In this document: in pieces, positions 56,789 to 64,000 of the stretch
Position numbering within the stretch: the stretch's first letter is position 1
Layout: every line of letters begins with the position of its first letter
DNA from: a virus
Direction: 5' to 3' (one strand)
Length of the DNA: 64,000 nucleotides
IMG/VR virus record: IMGVR_UViG_3300044624_001054
Coordinates: 1 to 64,000 of that record
Translations under genes and position numbers: made by a program
The notes under the pieces: model-generated
What the model saw: only the letters and a program-made list of their open reading frames with translations
What the model was told of the DNA's origin: nothing
Database searches by the model: none

Positions 56789-57131
56789 TCATCTTCTTCC
56801 TAATACTCTTCTTTGCGTGGACCACTCCTTTAAGTTTTTCCACATAGAATGATCTATATTCCCCAGTAGTAGGAGAATAGCAATCTATCCAAGTAACATC
56901 TTTTTTAACATTGTGAGCGAGTCTAATAAATCTAAAAGATCCACGAACATCCTTAAATTTTAAGGAATCACCAGGCTTAATAACTGTTTTACCAAATTTA
57001 AGTTCATAGAACACAGATATGTCTGGATTTACTTTATATGTTGGCAACTCTTCTGAATCACCGACTCTTTTTTTAGACATGACTCTCCTTGTTAGGTGGC
57101 GAATCCACTTCCGCCACGGGTGGGAGCCCAA
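56778..57131 (-). CDS. Hypothetical protein
   Basis: IKPGD...RG.FRF...WID...RSFY. Confidence 0.5.
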   Translation of the reverse strand: MGSHPWRKWIRHLTRRVMSKKRVGDSEELPTYKVNPDISVFYELKFGKTVIKPGDSLKFKDVRGSFRFIRLAHNVKKDVTWIDCYSPTTGEYRSFYVEKLKGVVHAKKSIRKKMNVN

Positions 57132-57277
57132 ACCATTCCTGGGGAATCAATGTTTCTGACTAGCCTCAGTCCGCAGTCGGGGCATATAGCATTGTCTCTT
57201 TCTTCCATCTTCATTAACATCTCATGTGACTTATCACAATCAATGCATGTAAATGTGTAAAGCGGCATTACTTCCAT
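57092..57277 (-). CDS. FmdB-like zinc ribbon protein
   Basis: MPLYTFTC..C...CP.CG. Confidence 0.75.
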   Translation of the reverse strand: MEVMPLYTFTCIDCDKSHEMLMKMEERDNAICPDCGLRLVRNIDSPGMVWAPTRGGSGFAT

Positions 57278-57612
57278 GTCTCCTTAAGTGCAATACTCAA
57301 TAATACCAGATAACCCATCAGGTCGTCAAGGTCGTTCTCCTTAAAGGTATCATCCCCATTCATAAATCTAGATAGTTTATCATCTATACGAACCTTTATC
57401 TGTTCAGTTGTGTCTGATCGTGAAAATATTCTTACTGGGTTAAGCGCTGAGTTACCGTACGATCTATTCTTTTCTATAAGTAAAGAGGTTACTCTAGTAC
57501 ATTCATCTTGAATTGCCATCTCAACGGTGTTACGAGGAATTAATTGCACACCTTCTTTTATATCATCCATAATTTTCTCAGCATACATGCGCTGTAGGTC
57601 TTGTTCAATCAT
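57268..57612 (-). CDS. Nucleotide-modification-associated domain 1 (DUF1599-like)
   Basis: EKNRSYGNS, VRIDDKLSR, DLMGYLVL. Confidence 0.7.
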   Translation of the reverse strand: MIEQDLQRMYAEKIMDDIKEGVQLIPRNTVEMAIQDECTRVTSLLIEKNRSYGNSALNPVRIFSRSDTTEQIKVRIDDKLSRFMNGDDTFKENDLDDLMGYLVLLSIALKETWK

Positions 57613-57776
57613 TTTTTACCAAACTTTCTTAGGTCACGGATGAGATTATATTTTACTAAGTATCGATAGATAGTCTGATGACTTACCCCGCATTCTTTAG
57701 CAATCTCTTCTAAAGATTTTTTATCTACAAGATATCTTTTTGTAAGGAATGCTTTGTTTTCATATAATTTAGCCAT
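57609..57776 (-). CDS. Small HTH protein
   Basis: Manual translation: MAKLYENKAFLTKRYLVDKKSLEEIAKECGVSHQTIYRYL. Confidence 0.7.
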   Translation of the reverse strand: MAKLYENKAFLTKRYLVDKKSLEEIAKECGVSHQTIYRYLVKYNLIRDLRKFGKK

Positions 57777-58335
57777 AATTTACCAGATTCTTGTGAGCAT
57801 AATAGGCTAGTCCAAAGGCATCTCCAACATCATTATCTTCTAGATTTATGTTAAACATATTATTGAAATGATCTAAAGTTTTTTGTTTTCTTGTAGTCCT
57901 TGCATAATTTCTATACCAATTGTCTGATTTGCCTGGATTGTCTAGTCTTATCTGAGCCTTCTGAGCCTTTGTTAAATTATTATTGTTAATGTATGACTGC
58001 CATTGTATTGGAGGGACAGTAATAATTCTTTTAGAATCTAGTGCCAGTTCTGAAATCAGAACTCCCACTATCATAGCCATGTGTATCGCTACTGCTTGAG
58101 ACTTTACCATAATGGCTGATTCTATACAAATATAATCGGGCTTTATCTCTTCTTTGATAAACGGCATCTTATCCCTACAGTCAATTACCTTATCGTAGAT
58201 ATTGTTGCCATGAAAATCTATCTTACCCCATTTAATTGGCTTTCCATCAAACAGGCAGAAGGCAAAGGAGTTTGTTGATGAATCTACTCCAAGTACTGTG
58301 CTAGCGTTTTGTTTTATAAGTTTTTTTAGCGACAT
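57769..58335 (-). CDS. RuvC-like Holliday junction resolvase
   Basis: VLGVDSS, CIES, NDVGDAFGLA. Confidence 0.75.
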   Translation of the reverse strand: MSLKKLIKQNASTVLGVDSSTNSFAFCLFDGKPIKWGKIDFHGNNIYDKVIDCRDKMPFIKEEIKPDYICIESAIMVKSQAVAIHMAMIVGVLISELALDSKRIITVPPIQWQSYINNNNLTKAQKAQIRLDNPGKSDNWYRNYARTTRKQKTLDHFNNMFNINLEDNDVGDAFGLAYYAHKNLVNYG

Positions 58336-58597
58336 TGTTTATTACCTCTAATATATTTCCACGGCTGTTTTTATTATCCTGATCTACGCAAATAAAGCAT
58401 TTATTATTTTCATTGTATCTGCTTAGTAATTGACCGCAGCCACAGTATCTTTTTTCTCCATTGAGTCTTTTTTTATTTTCATAATACTTACTCATTATCT
58501 TTTTATTTGTTGCTAGTCTACAACAAGCAGGATTACAATACTTTTGGTTCTTTTTATTTGACTCAAAGGGTGTACCGCAGTTAGCACAATTTTTCAC
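58301..58597 (-). CDS. Cys-rich Zn-finger protein
   Basis: CANC...KYC...C; C.CG...C..C. Confidence 0.6.
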   Translation of the reverse strand: MKNCANCGTPFESNKKNQKYCNPACCRLATNKKIMSKYYENKKRLNGEKRYCGCGQLLSRYNENNKCFICVDQDNKNSRGNILEVINNVAKKTYKTKR

Positions 58598-59370
58598 TCT
58601 ACCCCAACCTTAAGGTTAGTTATTTTTAATGTACCTGCATCTTTTTCTAAACAAGTTTCCGATACTGGGCAGCCTTTACATGTCCAGGTAGATTTAGTGT
58701 AACCCCTTTTAGGAATTACATCATCTTTATATGATCGGTATACTTCCTGCATCCAGCCAAAAACATAGTCTATATAGTCTTTATTCTTTTCATTCATTTT
58801 GATGGGAATCGCAAGTAACTCATTGTCATTTTTATTTTCATAAAGAATGAAACCTTCTTCCGCCCCCTCAATCTTCATATAAATTAGTAATTGAAGAAAA
58901 TGACTTGAAGAAGGTACTCCCTCGCCCTTTCTTTGAATGAAATATTGGTCTTTAATTGTTTTGATTTCTCCAATGATTTCTTCATCATTTATCTCCAATA
59001 CTACGTCAGCAAATCCTCTGACGGGAGGGTCTTCACTTTTAATCTCCCGCTCTTTTTGTTTTAATAAACCCGTGCTTTCTATAAGTTTTTCAATTCTTTC
59101 ATGAGCATCTGTACCAGATCTCATAGATGCAATGTTGGCGGCGGGGATATTCTCAGTAAATTCTGCACCGTTAAAGGCTATATACCAATATCTTGCACAA
59201 GTTCCATGACCATATCCAATAGTGCTAGGAGCAAAAGTTTTCTTTTGTTTAAACTCTTTTACCGTATTGGTCTTTTGATATGCAGAGTTTAGCATTTTAA
59301 CAAATTTTTTAGCATCCAGCCTAGTTTCTTTTGGCTGGCTAAGTAATGAAGATATTAGATTTTTAGCCAT
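58594..59370 (-). CDS. Cas4-like PD-(D/E)xK exonuclease
   Basis: CAR, G...H, G.AD, EIKT, QL..Y, C..CP...C. Confidence 0.8.
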   Translation of the reverse strand: MAKNLISSLLSQPKETRLDAKKFVKMLNSAYQKTNTVKEFKQKKTFAPSTIGYGHGTCARYWYIAFNGAEFTENIPAANIASMRSGTDAHERIEKLIESTGLLKQKEREIKSEDPPVRGFADVVLEINDEEIIGEIKTIKDQYFIQRKGEGVPSSSHFLQLLIYMKIEGAEEGFILYENKNDNELLAIPIKMNEKNKDYIDYVFGWMQEVYRSYKDDVIPKRGYTKSTWTCKGCPVSETCLEKDAGTLKITNLKVGVE

Positions 59371-59372
59371 AA

Positions 59373-59705
59373 TTAACCTAGATTATACCTTACTGTATAT
59401 TTGAGCGAGTCTACTAATTTATCTAGAGCCTCTTTAGTTGAATAATATATATTCTTTTTAATATTGTTTGGAGAACCTGTAGGACCCTTTGCTGCCGTTG
59501 AATACCATGCTGCTAGAATTCCAAACTTAGCAGACAAAGCCTGCAGTTTTGCGATTAAAGTAAGTGCCTGAACAGGAGGAATATCTGGCTTTGAAATAAT
59601 TTTTACAATGGCAGCCATCGCCTCATCTAGTCCGTCATCGCCTACAAAATCATGAATGTCAGCGAACTCTGATACCTGATTGATTAAATCAATTGTGTTT
59701 TCCAT
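59373..59705 (-). CDS. Hypothetical protein
   Basis: Helical ORF in the recombination cluster. Confidence 0.55.
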   Translation of the reverse strand: MENTIDLINQVSEFADIHDFVGDDGLDEAMAAIVKIISKPDIPPVQALTLIAKLQALSAKFGILAAWYSTAAKGPTGSPNNIKKNIYYSTKEALDKLVDSLKYTVRYNLG

Positions 59706-59997
59706 CTAATTCCTCCAATAACTCTTCAAGTACTTCCCACTCAATAACGGCAAGTCTAGTTTTTCTACCGCCACTTCCTATTACAGCCATAAGTAAAGGA
59801 TTTTTTTTATTATCTGTTCTCAGGCAATCTGTAACTATCTTTGCCCACATATCTTCACTTAAAGATAGAGACTTCCCATATTCTTTTACATCTACTACAA
59901 ATCTAGGCAGATTTCCATCGGCCTTTTGATATTGCCCCCGACCGCTATTTTTATGAGACTTAGCACCCATTCTTCTAAGTTCTGATCGCTCACTCAT
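59689..59997 (-). CDS. Holliday-junction-resolvase-like nuclease
   Basis: E...NSGRG..K.D...VDVKE. Confidence 0.6.
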   Translation of the reverse strand: MSERSELRRMGAKSHKNSGRGQYQKADGNLPRFVVDVKEYGKSLSLSEDMWAKIVTDCLRTDNKKNPLLMAVIGSGGRKTRLAVIEWEVLEELLEELDGKHN

Positions 59998-60187
59998 AAA
60001 CTAATCTAGCGCTTCCATCATGACCATTGGGGCAGGTCCAATAAACTTTCTTATTTGATGAATCATACATACCTGTGGTCGCCACTTCAAAGCAGCCTTG
60101 CTCTGGGCAAGAGAATGACCCACCTATTTCTTTAAACTTTGCATTAGATTTACTTGGAGCAGTAATAAAAGCCTTAGGGTCAATCAT
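59990..60187 (-). CDS. Small Zn-binding protein
   Basis: C...C...WTC..GH. Confidence 0.5.
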   Translation of the reverse strand: MIDPKAFITAPSKSNAKFKEIGGSFSCPEQGCFEVATTGMYDSSNKKVYWTCPNGHDGSARLVYE

Positions 60188-61191
60188 ATTTTTTCATAAA
60201 CCAATCTAGTTAATTCTTCCTGCATGTCAAGATCCTCTCTGGCTCTTGCAATAACATTAGCACGGCCTTGGATTCTTTCACCTAAAACAGTATACCAGGC
60301 ACCACCGCGCTCAATAATTCCAAGCATTTCAGCGGTGTCTACTAGGTCAGCGACACTGTCTACACCTACATGATTCCCTTGGAAGTAAAAATCATACGAT
60401 CCTGTAATAAACTGTGGGCCAGTCTTGTTATAGTCAATGGTCCAATTAACTGGTCTTCCAACCTTCTGCTCAATTAACTTATCACCGACAGAAATTTTAT
60501 CCTTGATTGATGAGGCTTCTGCTTCACTAGACCACAATTTAATGATAGTACTAGAGAAAAACTTTACAGCCATTCCTCCAGTAGGAATATGGCTAGCGTG
60601 CATTGATCCAAATTGATTTCTTTGCTGAGAGATAAGTATCAGCAGGGTCTTATCGTTTACATAATTTAACATCTTTACAGCATGGGTCATATCTTTTGCT
60701 TCCGCACCAATTTGTTTAGTATCTTGCAGTTGTTTAAGTTCTGACCCATCTTTTTCAAAGTAGATCGCTGGTAGTAGTGCAGAAATAGAATCTACAACTA
60801 GAAGATCTACTCCTGACTGAATAAGTTGAGTGCCAATATCAACCATTTCATTAATTGTTTTAGCGGGGGAGTAGATCAAGGATCGTGAGTCTACACCTAA
60901 CTTTTCTGCCCATTCTGGAGAGTAGGACTGCTCTGAGTCTATCCAAGCACATAGTTTACCCTCTTTCTGTGCTTGTGCAATAATTTGTAGGCAAAATGAT
61001 GACTTACCAGCCGACTTATTGCCCCAGATAAGTACCTGTCTGCCATAAGCAAGGCCTCCTTTTAACGCTGTGTTCAAGGATAGGCTTGGTGTTTTCTGCT
61101 TATGTATTTCTACGTCAGCGGCGCTTCCTACCATCTTTCTTATTTTTGGGTCTAGCCTGGATAGAACTTCCTCCATCATCATGTCGCTCAT
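60184..61191 (-). CDS. recA: RecA-like recombinase
   Basis: GNKSAGKS, WIDSE, VVDS, ISQQR, TGG.A.KF, GAWY. Confidence 0.9.
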   Translation of the reverse strand: MSDMMMEEVLSRLDPKIRKMVGSAADVEIHKQKTPSLSLNTALKGGLAYGRQVLIWGNKSAGKSSFCLQIIAQAQKEGKLCAWIDSEQSYSPEWAEKLGVDSRSLIYSPAKTINEMVDIGTQLIQSGVDLLVVDSISALLPAIYFEKDGSELKQLQDTKQIGAEAKDMTHAVKMLNYVNDKTLLILISQQRNQFGSMHASHIPTGGMAVKFFSSTIIKLWSSEAEASSIKDKISVGDKLIEQKVGRPVNWTIDYNKTGPQFITGSYDFYFQGNHVGVDSVADLVDTAEMLGIIERGGAWYTVLGERIQGRANVIARAREDLDMQEELTRLVYEKI

Positions 61192-61349
61192 TAAAATGAT
61201 TCTCCAATACTTCCGCTAATTCTTTTACGCTCTCATGTCTGGAACGTTTTAATGTGTCTATAATTTGTATTATTGCATCTTCATCATGCCCACGAATTAC
61301 CATAAGTTTTTCTCCGTCTGAGCCATGAAGAAAGTAAGCCTTCATTATA

Positions 61350-61688
61350 TCATCCACGAACGCCATGCAGCCTTGGGCGATCTTGATTAACAATGGATTT
61401 TTTCATAAGAACTTCATCTAGAGATGGCAGTTCCCCCGAATAAAGTTTAATACCTTTATATAAATCTAAGGTTCTAATAATAAGATCTGCAATTTCTTCC
61501 ACCACCGCTTGATCACCCTTGTCTTTCCTCAGGGCTTCTAGGATTTCTGTAGCCTCTGAATGGATCATAGCGATCTGCTTTGAGTAAAAGATAAAAAAGT
61601 CTTGCTCTTGCATTCTAGATAGTGGTTCCCAGAATCCTTTTTGCTCTGCGGTATGGTGAAGTCTATCTGCCAATGTATCTAAATTCAT
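61350..61688 (-). CDS. MazG-like nucleotide pyrophosphohydrolase
   Basis: IHSEATE.LEA.RK...EEIAD..IR.LDL. Confidence 0.75.
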   Translation of the reverse strand: MNLDTLADRLHHTAEQKGFWEPLSRMQEQDFFIFYSKQIAMIHSEATEILEALRKDKGDQAVVEEIADLIIRTLDLYKGIKLYSGELPSLDEVLMKKSIVNQDRPRLHGVRG

Positions 61689-64000
61689 CTTATAAAACCT
61701 TTTAATGTAGTAGCGCCAGCGGCAGTTTCTCCAAATATTGGGCGGCAATTAGTTCCTGGCTTCATCTTTGCAATTGCCTCTGCATACATAGTGGGAAAAA
61801 TTACTATGGATATGAGATCTTTATCTTCGTTGGCGAGAACAGCATTAGCCATCTTGTCGCCCTTCTTAGTCTTTCTAGGTTCCATATCTACAACAAAATA
61901 TTCTTCTGGACCTAGAACCATAGTCTTTGCCTTTAGAAATTGTACAAAAGAATTGTTAGAAGAGTCAAGAGAATCTGGGGTAAGGTAAGAAAGAATCCTG
62001 TTATCAGATATTAGAAAGATGTACATCTTACCAGGCTCAATTACTGTGTCCTGATTATGGAAAACTCCAACGCTTCCCGTCTTATCTACAATTTCTACCC
62101 TGCTCCAGCCATCGCCTCGCTTAATAGATTTCACCATACCCATAACAATAAAGGCTCCGCTTTCATCATATTCTTCTAAAGGTCTAAAGTATGACTCTAC
62201 CCAGCGAGGAATATTAGTAACAAACTCTGGAATATTAAGGTACTCGTACAGATATTCTCGCTCGTTACCCGACCTGGGATTGTCATCAAATGCCGCAGCA
62301 CCGATTCTATTAAGCCCTTCAATCGCCCTGCTATTTACGCCAGATCCCTTTTTACTTGTGAATTCTGTGAATTCTTTATAGGAACTGAATGGCCTTTTAG
62401 CAATAATCTTCTTAGAGATTCCCTCAGACAGGTACTTAATGTTGCCTAGGCCAAATCGAATGGCGTCACCCTCTAGAGTGAAGTCTTCTCCAGACTCATT
62501 GATGTGAGGTAGACGAATCTTAATATTCATTCTCTTAGCCTCAATTAGATAGTCTGTCCTTTTGTCTTTATCTAATTCATTCTTTAGTAGCGAGAACATG
62601 AACTCAGTTGGATAGTACCTCTTTAGCCAAGCCGTCCAATAAGATAGCGTAGAATAGGCAACAGCGTGACTCTTATTAAAGGAGTATCCAGCATGGGCCT
62701 CAAACATATGCCAGAGTTTTTCCGCTGACTCCTTAGAGATGTGCTTAGAAGCGCCAGAAATAAACTTATCCTTGAACTGGTCGAATTCTTTTGCATCCTT
62801 CTTCTTTCCAATGATCTTACGAACTTTATCTGCTTCTGTCATTGTCATTCCACCAAGATAGACGCAGGCCTGCATAACTTGCTCTTGGTACAGAATACAT
62901 CCATAGGTATCCTCAGTAAACTCTTTAAGAATAGGATGTAGATAGGACACCGCCTGACGCCCCTTCTTTCTCTTAATATAATCAGCACCAATAGTATTCA
63001 TAGCACCAGGACGAACCAGCGCATTAGAAGCGGCTAGTTCATTTAGATTACTAACACCCATTTTAATTATAAGGTTTGTGTATGGAGTTGCTTCTGCTTG
63101 GAACACACCCTTAGTAAACCCTGCGCTTAAGTCAGCGTATACCTCTGGATCATCCATAGGAATCTTATTAAGATCAATTTCTATCCCCTTGCGATCCTTG
63201 ATACTATTAATGGTATCTTTTACTACCGTCAAGGTTTTAAGTCCTAGAGCATCGATCTTGATTAGACCAATTTCAGCAGCCTGATCCATATCCACGGCGA
63301 CCACAGGAATTCTATTATCGCTATGGGCATCTTTTCTAGTTTCAATAGGGGCATACGATGAGATATCTGTCTTAGATGTAACGATTCCAGCAGCGTGCAA
63401 ACCAGTACCACGAATTCTGCCACGGAGTTTGTCGGCATACTTTACTACCTCTGGGTACCTCTCTCTGAAATCTTTGGCCCCTGGCGTACGGATAAATTCT
63501 TCCCATGTCTCAATACCCTTCAATGCTTTATTTACCTCTGAGAGTGGGATGTTAAAGGCTCTAGCAACGTCCCTAACAACACCCTTATCTCTAAAAGTAT
63601 TAAACGTTGCGATAGAAGCAACATGCTTATACTCTTCAATTAGATACTCTTTTACTTCTCCACGACGGCGATCTTCATAGTCTGTATCGATATCGGGGAA
63701 ATCATTTCTGTCTGGGTTAATGAATCGGAAGAACAATAGATTATGTTCAATAGGGTCCACCTCTGTAATACCTAAAGCATAACAAATTAAACTTCCTGCT
63801 GCCGACCCACGCCCAGGACCAACCAAAATACCTTGTGTCTTAGCCCAATTAATCATGTTTGCAACGACTATAAAGTAAGAGGCAAAGTTCTTCTGCTTAA
63901 TAATCTCTAACTCTTCTTTGGCACGATCTAAGTATTCTAATTCAATAAGTTCACGACTTCTAAGACCATCCATAACACGCTGCCTTAATTCTGCGTCGGG
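61685..64000 (-). CDS. dnaE: DNA polymerase III alpha subunit, 5' end beyond the window
   Basis: GPGRGSAAGSL, FPDIDTD, HAAG, KIDALGL, YQEQ, YSFNKSHA. Confidence 0.95.
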   Translation of the reverse strand, partial: PDAELRQRVMDGLRSRELIELEYLDRAKEELEIIKQKNFASYFIVVANMINWAKTQGILVGPGRGSAAGSLICYALGITEVDPIEHNLLFFRFINPDRNDFPDIDTDYEDRRRGEVKEYLIEEYKHVASIATFNTFRDKGVVRDVARAFNIPLSEVNKALKGIETWEEFIRTPGAKDFRERYPEVVKYADKLRGRIRGTGLHAAGIVTSKTDISSYAPIETRKDAHSDNRIPVVAVDMDQAAEIGLIKIDALGLKTLTVVKDTINSIKDRKGIEIDLNKIPMDDPEVYADLSAGFTKGVFQAEATPYTNLIIKMGVSNLNELAASNALVRPGAMNTIGADYIKRKKGRQAVSYLHPILKEFTEDTYGCILYQEQVMQACVYLGGMTMTEADKVRKIIGKKKDAKEFDQFKDKFISGASKHISKESAEKLWHMFEAHAGYSFNKSHAVAYSTLSYWTAWLKRYYPTEFMFSLLKNELDKDKRTDYLIEAKRMNIKIRLPHINESGEDFTLEGDAIRFGLGNIKYLSEGISKKIIAKRPFSSYKEFTEFTSKKGSGVNSRAIEGLNRIGAAAFDDNPRSGNEREYLYEYLNIPEFVTNIPRWVESYFRPLEEYDESGAFIVMGMVKSIKRGDGWSRVEIVDKTGSVGVFHNQDTVIEPGKMYIFLISDNRILSYLTPDSLDSSNNSFVQFLKAKTMVLGPEEYFVVDMEPRKTKKGDKMANAVLANEDKDLISIVIFPTMYAEAIAKMKPGTNCRPIFGETAAGATTLKGFIR

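Noticed and set aside
58594-59370. Cas4-like gene as part of a CRISPR-Cas system
   Set aside because: It stands alone among RecA, RuvC and DnaE genes, the usual context for a phage recombination exonuclease.
1-64000. Stop-codon reassignment
   Set aside because: Long conserved genes are intact in the standard code, TAA, TAG and TGA all end genes, and I saw no suppressor tRNA.
1-64000. CCGCC/GGCGG as a Chi-like skewed motif
   Set aside because: Mostly explained by Gly/Ala codons on the coding strand, and orientation is mixed in the right half; not supportable without counts.

Overview
This window is part of a large lytic tailed-phage genome, most likely an actinobacteriophage. It encodes two WhiB proteins, an Lsr2-type domain, ThyX, NrdJ, DnaE, RecA, terminase and 10 tRNAs, and many transcripts look leaderless; the gene order resembles large Streptomyces BE/BK-like and freshwater actinophages. 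There are three zones. (1) 1-23 kb, AT-rich, minus strand: a protein-modification cassette (GT60-like and GT-A glycosyltransferases, prolyl-4-hydroxylase-like 2OG-Fe(II) oxygenases, three paralogous DUF6065-like proteins) downstream of tail/fibre genes, then nrdJ and the lysis genes. (2) About 25.2-37.6 kb, a GC-richer, mostly plus-strand island of small early genes and tRNAs, possibly a long terminal repeat. It carries 16 copies of a TGTCRG-N10-TANNNT promoter, which matches the actinobacterial PafBC/RecA-NDp DNA-damage promoter. It also has repeated intergenic regulatory cassettes, four covarying RNA pseudoknots upstream of tRNAs, and a DnaA-box cluster. (3) 38-64 kb, minus strand: a sugar-nucleotide/glycosyltransferase cluster, terminase and recombination/replication genes. 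The best candidate novel systems are early transcription driven by the host PafBC DNA-damage regulon, pseudoknot-plus-tRNA 3' ends on mRNAs, and virion glycosylation with a shared [S/T]-A-S motif and a Skp1-like hydroxyproline-GlcNAc pathway. All family assignments come from motifs recognised by eye, not from database searches.
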